Source: Octopus sinensis (lineage: Eukaryota). Taken from it: a DNA stretch of 64,000 nucleotides. Both the position numbers and the translations under genes were made by a program. The DNA is taken from contig NC_043013.1 of NCBI RefSeq assembly GCF_006345805.1, positions 24,552,001 through 24,616,000 on the forward strand. The letters are read 5' to 3'. Position 1 is the stretch's first letter. Every line of letters begins with the position of its first letter. Shown in pieces: positions 52,571 through 64,000 of this stretch. Below the pieces are notes generated by a model that saw nothing but the letters and a program-made list of their open reading frames with translations, ran no database searches and was not told the DNA's origin.

Positions 52571-53870
52571 AATACATTTATAGTGAATTAATGTGGAACT
52601 TACAGCTCTGACAATAAATTCTCATTTATACTTATCGTACCTACAATTTTACACAAAATCCTAGAAATACTAAAAATAGAAAAATGTGTTTGGCACTTTC
52701 TGGCAGTAGAAAGTACAGTATAGTCGGGCGAATGAAAAGGAATTTAGAATAAGTATACATTGGAATAATTATAACAAAGAGATTTCTGAAATTCTATTGA
52801 CAAGCTTTCAGAGGTGTGCGGAGCTTTTGGTATTGAAATTTTTTTAGGGAGATAAAAATGACATTTAACAATATGGAAAATGGCACATATTCACCATACA
52901 TTTTCGACCGAAAACTGTAGGCTGCGTATTTTTATAAAATTAAACATTCTTCTAAGATCAGTATGGGTTAAGCAATTTTGTGGAAATTCCAAATTTATAA
53001 TCGTTGAAGGAATAGTATTAGTATAAGGAAAAATGAATCAGCTTAAAAGAGGGGAAAGATCGAGGCTTCAGCGTAGAATTTTATCATTTTTATAATGCTT
53101 ATGAAATGAGCTTCTGATCTATAACTAAATTTGTTACGCGAAGAAATGTTTCTATTTTCGCACTTGCATAAAGTTGTTTTCAGAAGTATCGCAGGACCTT
53201 GACAAAAAAAAAAAAAGAATGAGAATAACTTAGCTCACTTATACTAAACGTTTTTCAAGTTAAATTCAGTTATATTTTTACAAAAGTAAACCGGATGAAG
53301 ACTAACAAATTAACTTTATAAAATTTGTTGTTTTTTTTTTATACATTACATTACACTATGTCAGGTTGTAAGTAAATGTACGTACACATACACACAATAT
53401 ATCTCTTTGTGTTGTATTTCTGGTATATGTATAATTATTATTTTTTCTTCTTTTGTATATAGCCGTAAAGCTTCATACTGTTATATATGCGTAATTCTTT
53501 GTTTGTTGTATTTATATAATGTTTTGTTTGTTTCTGTCTCAGTATACATTCGCTAGCTTTTTACCAGCTGCTTAAGAATAGCATTAGCGCCTGAAAAATT
53601 GAGTGGTCTGAATGGTAATGGCGCGAAACCACAATGATATTTTGCGCCATTGACTGACAAGGAAATCTCAGCTGCGAATATTCCGTGTTTCGTGTCTTTG
53701 TCTAAAATTCCCGTTCCTTAAGTTTTCATCTAGTTTCTCGTTTTCCCCTTGTTGTGTTATATATTGTGGTATATACCTGGTAGATTACCGATAAAGCACG
53801 TTCACTGTCTCACTGTTCACTGCGTATTTGGTTAACAAGAGAGACGGAAGATAGAAAATACGAGAATTTT

Positions 53871-53986
53871 TATTTATCACTACAATTGTTTCGACCCATC
53901 TTACATCGATCCTTTACGGGTGTGATACTTAATAACTGGTTCAAGAGCATCCGTCGGTGTAGATGTGTCTCTTCGGGTGATAAATA
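53871..53986 (-). ncRNA. Type I hammerhead variant with ~80-nt stem II domain
   Basis: tatttatcac CCGAAGA gac-a-catct...agatg-g-gtc GAAAC aatt GTA gtgataaata: perfect 10-bp stem I, palindromic ACAATTGT, U4C core change. Confidence 0.75.
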
Positions 53987-55021
53987 GAGATAACTCGTTA
54001 ACATAACAGTTCCGCAACCCAATCCTCGGTTCATATGTTTCAACGAAGATCGTCAAGGAATATTTTGCCACTTTGGACAAACGTTTCTCCAAATCAAATA
54101 GATGCCATGCTAGTGAAATAGCTAATATGGCAACAACGTCGGGAAATGAAGTCAGAACTGCTACATATGCAACTAAATATAACAAATGCTTATTCAGTGA
54201 AAAATCTAGATGCCCGTTGATGAACCTCTGTATGAGTACAAATCTTGTATATAAATGTACTATACACACTAGGCGGGCACCGTATGTTTACATTGGGAGA
54301 ACGGCTGATTCATTCAAGAATCGTTATCGCAACCATGTTGCCAGCTTCAAGAAAATCATCAAGAGACATTCAGCATCTTTGGCCGATTTTGTGTGGCAAC
54401 TTAAGGAAGAGAAAATTAAGTATAACATAACTTGGTCCATAGTAAGGCAAGTAAAACCATATAATATCGTTTCAAGGAGATGCCGACTCGGCTCCGAGGA
54501 ATCTCTGTCTATTCTGCGAACCAATGAGAAGATCGTTAATAGAATTTCTGGAAGACTCGCAAGATGCATACATGCATATAAATGCACTTTCGCACAATGT
54601 AGTGGTAATGAATTTATGTAATTTTTAACCTAATTAATAATCATAATACACTTTAAGGTATGGATGAATTAAATTTAGCTCTAACCTTCCCATTCTTATA
54701 AACACCAAGTAGCTATTTAATTTGCTATATAAATATATGTGCACCAAACCACACGTGTGCGTATGTTTATATCTTCGTAGATATTTGTATGCGCGAGTGT
54801 ACATGCACCATACAAGCAACGGGAGGGCGTTATCGACATCCGTTAACGGTTATATTTAATACTTTTTCGCTGCATTGTGTATTCGTTTCTTTTTTGCATC
54901 TGTTATCTTTTTATTTATTTATTATTGATCTTCTTTATAAATGAAGCCATATCATTTAATATGCTGATTTTCTTTACATGAAGTGAGAAGATATCTTGCA
55001 GTTATTTCAATGAGTTATATT

Positions 55022-55137
55022 TATTTATTACCCGAAGAGACACATCTACACCGTCGGATGCTCCTGAACCAGTTGTGAAGTATCCCACCAGTGAGGGATC
55101 GATGCTAGATGAATCTAAACAATTGTAGTGATTAATA
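55022..55137 (+). ncRNA. Decayed copy of the same hammerhead variant
   Basis: tatttattac CCGAAGA gac..atc TAAAC aatt GTA gtgattaata (G12 lost). Confidence 0.55.
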
Positions 55138-55178
55138 AAAATTCTCGTGTCTTCTATCTTGCATCTCTCTCAATAACG

Positions 55179-55214
<36 letters not shown>

Positions 55215-55229
55215 CCACATACCCACCCC

Positions 55230-55779
55230 TACCCCCAAACCTTCGAAACTGTCACCTTGCGCAGCGATATACCGATCCCAGCGTTCCTGCTACTTCTGGA
55301 ATTCGGTCTGGAAGTTATTTTCCGTCAGCGAGTCGAGGACCTTCTGCGATTCGCTCTGGATCTCGACATCAGTATTAAAACGATGACCTTTGAGCTGCAT
55401 TTTTATCTTGGGGAAGAGATGGAAGTTCACAAGTGCTAAATTTCGCGAACAGGACTGGTGCAGAAGCAATACCATGTTTTTGACGAGAATCTCACGAGTA
55501 AGGAGAGTTCGGTGGCACAGTGCAATGTCGTCGTGAAGAATCCAATTCTTCGCGCTGCAAACAGATCCGGTCGCTTTCGCCGAATGTCCTCCCTTCAAAC
55601 GCTTCAGAACGTCACAGTAGAACTTTCGATTTCACAACTAGTAAAGTAAACACAGCGATGTTCCTTTCTACACTGCCTCATGAAGTTCGCTGCTAGCTCT
55701 CACTGCACACACAATCGTGTACGGTCATCTGTTTGCGTGCTACAGAACTAGTCCAGCAACTTTTTCATACAACCTAGTA
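55230..55779 (-). mobile_element. Mariner relic
   Basis: WILHDDIALCH..NLALVNFHLFPKIKMQLKGHRF; TIR-like end near 55779. Confidence 0.75.
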
Positions 55780-56182
55780 TAGAATACAACAGGAGTCTTT
55801 GGTATTATTTATTTTCCAGTACACGTGTTTCATTTGCTAGTAGGAGTTACGAAATTTTACATGTTAGATAACTATGTAAGGTAACTAAATAACTCATATT
55901 AGAAATTCTTCAGATAGAGAATCAGTTAATATTATTTGATTCTATGTTTGAAGAATTTCTAGAGGGTGATATCTTACAGAATTTTGATAAATGTACAATT
56001 TTGCAACTCCCATTGGCAAATGAAACATGTGTAATAATGAATAGATAATACCAAAGCATTTTGTTCAGTCTCTTGTTTAAATATATGATTTAATCAGCAA
56101 AAATATTTTCCAGCATACCTCACACAAATACAACATCTAAATATTATTTGGATTACTGGAATAAGCAGATTACAACCCAATC

Positions 56183-56269
<87 letters not shown>

Positions 56270-56310
56270 ACGCACACACACACATATATGATAGATAGAT
56301 AGATAGATAG

Positions 56311-56368
<58 letters not shown>

Positions 56369-56484
56369 TTTCGGGTCTAAATGATCTTTGAGAGTGAACT
56401 TGTAGTTGCTGCTGCTGCTGCTGTTTAGCCGCAGTTGTACTCTCCATGAGTAAACCTAGGATCTATAATCTGGCCGCGCGGTAA

Positions 56485-56696
56485 GGCGATGAGCTGGCAG
56501 AATCGTTAGCGCGCCGGGCGAAACGCTTAGCAGTATTTCGTCTGCTGTTACGTTCTGAGTTCAAATTCCGCCGAGGTCGACTTTGCCTTTCATCCTTTCG
56601 GGGTCGATAAATTAAATACCAGTTGCGTACTGAGGTCGATCTTATCGACTGGCCTCTTGCCCCAAAATTTCGGGCCTTGTTCCTAGAGTAGAAACG
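56485..56696 (+). mobile_element. Nin/Deu-like SINE
   Basis: GGCGATGAGCTGGCAGAATCG..GCCTTTCATCCTTTCGGGGTCGATAAA..CCTAGAGTAGAAA. Confidence 0.88.
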
Positions 56697-56879
56697 AATC
56701 TGGTCGTTCGGTCTTTATTTCAGGAAAAGTGTATCGGGGTATGTTACTGATCTGTCCTTCCAGCGATGAAGCTTTTGTGTGTGCGTATGAATGTTTGTAT
56801 GTTTGTGTATATGTATGTATGTGTGTACGTATATATGCCTGCATTATGTATGTGCGCATGTATGTATAGTATGTATAGT

Positions 56880-57455
56880 AAATCTCAATAAAATGTAAGC
56901 AAAACACACCTGATATAACGATTTGGGATAGAGAAGAGAAACTGTGCACAGTTGTGGAAATTAGCTGCTCGGCAGATGTTAACATAAAGATGAAGATGGG
57001 TGAAAAAGAGAACACCTATGCTGAACTATTGATAACTCTGAAGTTATTCTATCCAGATTACAAGTTCAGGTTTATACCTGTAATTATAGGAGCCCCGGGA
57101 TATGTAACACATTGCCTAAATACCAATCTTGAGAAATTAGGCTTCTCAAAACCAGAAAGGAGAAAGCTAATTCGAAGACTACAGATCTAATCCATCACTG
57201 GAACTGTAAAAATTTGTAAAACTTTCCAGAAGTTTATAGTTTAAATATATATGAGCATGTCTAGATATGCAACTATATGCATGAGAATACGCACATAAAA
57301 CATACAAATCTGCACATACATACATACATACATACAAAAATACCCTGTTGTTGATGTTGAAATTTCAATGAAGGAGCCTTGGATCTAGGTTCGAACCCGG
57401 TTCTTTATTGGCAAGAAATCTTGAAATAAACTGAATAATGACATACATACATACA
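56880..57455 (+). mobile_element. RLE-type LINE 3' end with (CATA)n tail
   Basis: PDITIWDREEKLCTVVEISC..EKENTYAELL..FIPVIIGAPG; the 3' UTR ends in CATACATAC. Confidence 0.85.
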
Positions 57456-59364
57456 TACGTACGTATGTATGTACATGTGTGTATATGTATGTAACTGTCT
57501 TTATCTTTTATTGCGTGGTGCGTTTTTATTTGCTTTCCCTCCTTTTTAAAAACTGACTTGAAAAGGATGTAACTATAATTGTTCTTAAAGTCAGCTTTTA
57601 GTAGTTTTTTTTTTCTTCCTTTGTAGGTTCTAGTTCTTTTGTATTTTCACTGCTGTTTGACTGCTTTGTTCAGTTCTTTTATCGTTCTACTTTGATAATA
57701 TCATCCAGGTTTTCCAGTATTTCTGCTCTATTCTGGCTTTTCGCCTCTGCTCAATGACTGTCTCTATTCTGATAGCAAACTCGTTACTTGTTTTCAATAT
57801 TTCTCTAAAGCTGACATTTTCTTTAGATGTTTTTTTTTTCTTTTTCTTTGAAAGACACATACACTTTGTCTATTGACATCAGTTTGCAACCATAGCGAAG
57901 GTGTGAAAGCGACTCCTCTCTATATATTTCAGATTTTATACTCATCATATTGTTTTGGCATCATTAATCTTTTCTCTTCTTTGCTATTTACAAACGTTTG
58001 GCTAAGAACAGAATGATCAAAACCTATCTTAATTGAGTAGTATGCTCTTCTGCTTTTGAAAGATGGCTACCTGAATCACTGATTATAGTGAAACCCATGT
58101 TAACTTTTTTATATATATATTGAGTGGTGGAACGTGATATTTATCACCATGAGGCCATTTATTCTACAAAACTGTAGCAGCTCCATTCCTCTTTCGTTTG
58201 TTGCTCCGAAAACATATTTTCTGTCCCACTTAGCCGGCTTTTGCATTAGTCTTTAACTTAAGCATTGAAATTCTCCGATGATCACTCAATAGTTGTTTCA
58301 TGGCAACCAATTTATTTTTGCTTGTCGCTCAGTTAACCAAAGCATATACAAAGTGCATGGAAGTAAATGGTACGGAGTGTAACATTGTTTGATCAAGCAA
58401 ATAAATGATAACAGAAGACAGTTCTGAAGTAGAACATCTCACAAAGCTTATGCTGGAATTGGCGGGATCTCAATCTTTATTCCCTCTATCGCAACCTATG
58501 CCTCGGAAGCGTGTCCCTAAAATCCAAAGTGACACGCAGACAAGAATTTTTTCAAATGCTACTAAATAGTACTCTTTATATTAAGTGTTATTAAGAAACG
58601 AACATTGAAATAAAGAAAAACTTTTTTCACGTGTATCGTATCGATGTACTAAGAAGAAGTAATTGAAATGAGTTGGCCATGAATTAACAGGGCCGCACAA
58701 TAATTATGCAGCGCTGGCAGCGTGAAAGCCTTAGACAATATGTTAAAATCCATGAGAGGTAGGAGCTCTCATACATGTGAGACACGGGGTCAATGCTCGC
58801 AATAGTATCGGATCAAAGAGTTCAGCGAGTAGAAGAAAGGGATCGTTCTAACTAAACTAAGATTATGTAAACTGTACTTGAGTGCGATTACCTCAAAGGA
58901 AATATTCAGTGCATTTGTACAGTAACGGTTTTACTGGTTTGGAAAGTCCAGTGTCTTTTGGTAAGACATTTCGACTTTGAATGCGCGCGCGTGCGTGAGA
59001 GTGTACGCGCAAATGCATATTTGCATGCATGGGATTAAAAAAATTCGTTTCGCGAGATCTCAGATTTGATCCCATCGTATGACAACGCAGAGAAGTACGT
59101 TATATATATATATATATATATATATATACTAAAACTTGTACGCGAAAATGGGTCGATGGAAAGTGCGAGGAAGCCCATCAGATGAATCATACCGATTATT
59201 CCACCGGCCAGCACTGTCACAGTAACTCTGCTTGAAGCTTCAGTTAACAACCCGTAGAATATTCATCCACGTACCCTATCATTCAACGAGTTTTACCAAA
59301 CCAAACAGCTGCAATATACCCAAAGTCAAAAGAGGTTCAGTTATATACGTACACACGCAACGCA

Positions 59365-59449
<85 letters not shown>

Positions 59450-59600
59450 ACACACATACACAGTATGTGCGAGGGTGTATGCCATGAGATGACGGATGCA
59501 AATCGAAAAGATGTTATATTGACAAGAAATCATATGACATACAGACAGGCAAACAGACATACGTACATATATGCATTTAACAATGTTCAAATTAAAAGAA

Positions 59601-59996
59601 GGCGGCGAGCTGGCAGAAACGTTTGCACGCCGGGCGAAATGCTTAGCAGTATTTCGTCTGCCGTTTCGTTCCGAGTTCAAATTCCGCCGAGGTCGACTTT
59701 GCCTTTCATCCTTTCGGGGTCAATAAATTAAGTACCAGTTGCGCTCTGGGGTCGATATAATGGACTTGATCCGTTTGTCTGTCCTTGTTTGTCCTCTCTG
59801 TGTTTAGCCCCTTGTAGGTAGTAAAGAAATAGGTATTTCGTCTATCTTTACATTCTGAGTCCAAATTCCGCTGAGGTCGACTTTACCTTTTATCCTTTCG
59901 GGGTTGATGAATTAAGTACCAGTTGCGTACTGGGGTCGATCTAATCGACTGGCCCCCTCCCCCAAAATTCCAGGCGTTGTACCTAGAGTAGAAAAG
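59601..59996 (+). mobile_element. Dimeric Nin/Deu-like SINE with ~19-bp flanking direct repeat
   Basis: A full unit followed by a headless second unit with a different tail; AATGTTCAA(A)TTAAAAGAA on both sides. Confidence 0.85.
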
Positions 59997-60022
59997 AATG
60001 TTCAATTAAAAGAAAAATAATA

Positions 60023-60430
60023 GGCGCAGGAGTGACTGTGTGGTAAGTAGCTTGCTAACCAACCACATGGTTGCGGGTTCAGTCCCACTGCGTGGCATCT
60101 TGGGCAAGTGTCTTCTGCTATAGCCCCGGGCCGACCAATGTCTTGTGAGTGAATTTGGTAGACGGAAACTGAAAGCAGCCTGTCGTATATATGTATATTA
60201 TATTATATATATATATATGTGTGTGTCTGTGTTTGTCCCCCTAGCATTGCTTGACAACCGATGCTGGTGTGTTTACGTCCCCGTCACTTAGCGGTTCGGC
60301 AAAAGAGACCGATAGAATAAGTACTGGGCTTACAGAGAATAAGTCCCGGGGTTGATTTGATCGACTAAAGGCGGTGCTCCAGCATGGCCGCAGTCAAATG
60401 ACTGAAACAAGTAAAAGAGTAAAAGAGTAA
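60023..60430 (+). mobile_element. Full-length tRNA-derived CORE-like SINE with CR1-like tail
   Basis: A/B boxes, TTGGGCAAGTGTCTT core, internal microsatellite and (GTAAAAGA)n tail. Confidence 0.9.
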
Positions 60431-60844
60431 AGAGAGAGATCTGCCAAACGCTTGTTTGTTGCCATTTAGAGAGTATTCAACATAAAGAATCAAGTAGATA
60501 CGTTTGCTGAGAGTTTCACCCTGTTCAGGCCTTCTTCAAATGTCATACGACACAGAAGCTGTCAGCTCAAAACTTTAATAAATAAACTGTGTATAGATTC
60601 AACTTTACAACATAAATATACATACATACATGCAAACACATACACACGCGCTCGCGCGCGCATCCCTCCCTCCATCGCAGGCGTGTTTCTATCTTAAGAA
60701 GCTTGCTTCCCAACCCACATGCTCCCGAGTTCATTCGCACTTCGTGACACCTTGGGCAGGTGTCTTCTACTATAGCTTCGGGTCGACTAAAGCCTTGTGA
60801 GTAGATTTGATAAACGGAAACTGAAAGAAGTCCACACACAAAAT

Positions 60845-61045
60845 TCAAGAAGTCTTTGGACAAATTCCTTCAAACAGTCCCGGACGAACCACCCACACCC
60901 GGATATGTCTCTGTAAACAATAGCTCTCTGCTCGAATGGGCCTTGGTGCCCAAATCCTGAATTGAAAGACTTCGCCAGGTGGTGCTATTAAGTTAGACAT
61001 GGCCTGGGCCAATACTGGCCAAAACCTTTCTAAGTTATTATAAGT
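60845..61045 (+). mobile_element. CR1-type 3' end (different subfamily)
   Basis: SLDKFLQTVPDEPPTPGY..SLLEW* and GGTGGTGC..CATGGCC stem. Confidence 0.7.
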
Positions 61046-61110
61046 TATTCTTATGTATGTATACACACACACCCACACGTATATATGTATGTGTGTGTAT
61101 TTGTGTGTAT

Positions 61111-61175
<65 letters not shown>

Positions 61176-61379
61176 CCGTTGCCACCGCTTCACAACTGGT
61201 GTTTACGTCCCCCAGCGTAGCAGTTCGGCAAAACAGAACGAATGAATAAGTATTAGGCTTTAAAAAAAAGTCCTGGGATCAATGTTTTCGCCTAAAACCG
61301 TTCAAAGCGGTGCTCCAGCATAGCCACAGTCAAATGACTGGAACAAATAAAACAATTAAACAATAAAACAATGCATATA

Positions 61380-61780
61380 GGCACAGGAGTGGCTGTGTGG
61401 TAAGTAGCTTGTTTACCAATCACATGGTTCCGGGTTCAGTCCCACTGCGTGGCACCTTGGACAAGTGTCTTCTACTATAGTCTCGGGCCGACCAAAGCCT
61501 TGTGAGTGGATTTGGTAGACGGAAACTGAAAGACGCCCGTCGTATATATATATATATATGATGTGTGTGTTTGTATGTCTTTGTTTGTCCCCCTAGCATT
61601 GCATAACAACCGATGCTGGTGTGTTTATGTCCCCGTTACTTAGCAGTACGGCAAAAGAAACCGATATAATAAGTACTAGGCTTACAAAAGAATAAGTCTC
61701 GGGGTCGAGTTGCTCGATTAAAGGCGGTGCTCAAGCATGGCCGCAGTCAAATGACTGAAACAAGTAAAAGAGTAAAAGAG
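61380..61780 (+). mobile_element. Full-length CORE-like SINE copy
   Basis: Colinear with 60023-60430. Confidence 0.9.
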
Positions 61781-61838
61781 AGAGTATACGTACATGTGTT
61801 TGTGTGTGCGCGCGCGCATGTATGTGTATATACTTTTG

Positions 61839-61922
61839 TTTTGGTGAATTTAGTCTCTTGCCAGTCCGAGTTTCGCCTGTGGGCACACAGGCTCTTCAGG
61901 TGAGAGACGGACTCGACCAAAA
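61839..61922 (-). ncRNA. Hammerhead-like motif with canonical core and degenerate cleavage site
   Basis: gtctctcac CTGAAGA gcctgtg tgcc cacaggc GAAAC tcggactg gcaagagac: perfect 7-bp stem II and long imperfect stem I. Confidence 0.55.
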
Positions 61923-62577
61923 TGAAAGCAATTATTAATCACTAACTACTACGTTATCGAGTATTTTCTCTCCCACTCTCAGCACGAAACAGAATTATGT
62001 TATATTATTATATTACATCATATTTAACAGTAAAGCTACATAAGTAACTCAGGGCTCCAGAGTTTCCTGCCCTGCATTTATCAAACTCTATAACTCCTAT
62101 TACGCATTGAGTGGTATTTGTCTTGTTTGTGCCACCAAAATTACTTGTATGTCTGCCTGTGTGTGCCTTTATATGTATATGCATTTGTGGATGTATCTGT
62201 GTTTATATAAGTATTTCAAAATATTCACGAACTCTTATTGGTCGATGATATTCCGAAATTAATCGTGTTCATGTTGTGTCAAGCTACATTACCTCTCTTC
62301 AAGCATTTGAGTTCTGTTCGGCAGTAGTTAAATATACAATCTAATATAAGCTGATCTAAAACGTGGGGCGGTTTCTGTCTGGTGGGGGGAGGACTGTTAT
62401 TCAACAGGTGACGACTATGTTCATTTATTACATGTAGGTACATATGTATGTGTGTGTAGGCCTGTATATAATGTCTTAAAAGCATTAATGTTGCAAAATG
62501 TATCTATATATTTGTTTTTTATGCTAAGCATGTACATACAATATATATGTATTTATGTACATTACATGTTGTATGTG

Positions 62578-62630
<53 letters not shown>

Positions 62631-62632
<2 letters not shown>

Positions 62633-62768
62633 GGAGTAAATACATAATGTGAAACAAGGTGGAAAAAAGAGTACTGAAATACCAGTGGTAGAGTAATATG
62701 CTTTATTTAAAGCAGCAGAAAATTCAACAAACCTGTTACTCAAGAGTAACAGGTTTTGTTGAATTTTC
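62631..62768. mobile_element. Penelope-type terminal repeat ending in a ~24-bp snap-back hairpin
   Basis: GAAAATTCAACAAACCTGTTACTC-AA-GAGTAACAGGTTTTGTTGAATTTTC at 62718-62768; adjacent to (TA)n. Confidence 0.6.
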
Positions 62769-62886
62769 CACTCACAAGGCTTTGGTCGGCCCGAGGCTAT
62801 AGTAGAAGACACTTGCCCAAGGTGCCACGCAGTGGGACTGAACCCGCAACCATGTGGTTGGTAAACAAGCTACTTACCACACACCC

Positions 62887-62945
<59 letters not shown>

Positions 62946-63156
62946 TGTGCGTGTATGTATGTATGTATATATATATATATATATACACACACATACATGT
63001 GTGTGTGTGTCCGTATATACAAAGCATATACATGGGCGTATGGTACATATTTATGATAAATACGTACACATGAACACAAATACACACGTACAGAAACATA
63101 TACAAATATAACATGAGAGTAAAATATAATACTATACAAGCTTCCATGGAGGGAGC

Positions 63157-63225
<69 letters not shown>

Positions 63226-63226
63226 C

Positions 63227-63264
<38 letters not shown>

Positions 63265-63331
63265 AGATAGAAGGATACAGACAGACAGACAGACAGACAG
63301 ACAGATAGAGAGATAAGAGAGAGAGAGAGAT

Positions 63332-63379
<48 letters not shown>

Positions 63380-63420
63380 TTGACAGATAGACAGACAGAC
63401 AGACAGATAGAGAGAGAGAT

Positions 63421-63493
<73 letters not shown>

Positions 63494-63510
63494 GATAGAT
63501 AGATAGAAAA

Positions 63511-63563
<53 letters not shown>

Positions 63564-63572
63564 GAGAAAGAG

Positions 63573-63669
<97 letters not shown>

Positions 63670-64000
63670 CATTTATAATTAAGATAGATACATTTATAAT
63701 CATTTCAGTTTATACATGCAGCGCATGTGTATATATATTGCCCATACTTATACACATACGCTCCAGAATAGAAGTAGCTATGTTTATTCGATCTAGTCTT
63801 GGTATCTGACAGTCAAATGGCCAGGACAGTGCGAGCTTATTGACTGGCTGCTAACGTTTTGATCTTTATGTAAACAGATTCACAAGATTGAAATTATGAT
63901 AATTATTTTATTATTGTAAAGATATCTGAATATTATTGCCACGAATTGCGATGGAAGTGGTACAATTGTAGATAACTGTGTAGTCGTCGCCATTTTTTGG

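Larger units (their letters stand above)
53838..55170 (+). mobile_element. 5'-truncated Penelope-like element: GIY-YIG ORF flanked by inverted ~160-bp pLTR copies
   Basis: ORF 54073..54621 has CPLMNLCMSTNLVYKC..VYIGRT..FKNRYRNH..CRLGSEE. 53838-53996 is the reverse complement of 55012-55170. Confidence 0.92.

Noticed and set aside
57500-58900. Repeat-poor stretch that might hold an exon or promoter
   Set aside because: No ORF with recognisable similarity and no defensible regulatory motif from sequence alone.
60500-60550. TTGAAGA..GAAAC motif on the minus strand (and CTGTTGA..GAAAC near 62365-62410)
   Set aside because: No stem I pairing or valid stem III; compatible with chance.

Overview
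This is AT-rich, microsatellite-dense eukaryotic DNA. It is most likely a coleoid cephalopod (Octopus-like), which I infer from the SINE families and repeat landscape and have not verified. Most of the window is transposon debris: RTE, CR1 and R4/Dong-type LINE fragments, Penelope GIY-YIG fragments, a nearly intact Tc1 (DD34E, IR/DR ends), mariner/maT relics, Helitron-like 5' ends and at least three tRNA-derived SINE families. Two things are not visible in the ORF track. (1) Two minus-strand exons (31292-31349 and 10818-10963) splice in frame into the signal peptide and N-terminus of a nicotinic acetylcholine receptor-type Cys-loop channel subunit across a ~20 kb intron. (2) About nine hammerhead-ribozyme-like motifs from about six different sequence families lie between 33.6 and 61.9 kb, mostly inside fold-back (inverted-repeat) Penelope-type elements, and several have non-canonical cores. 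All alignments and folds were done by eye; none was computed.
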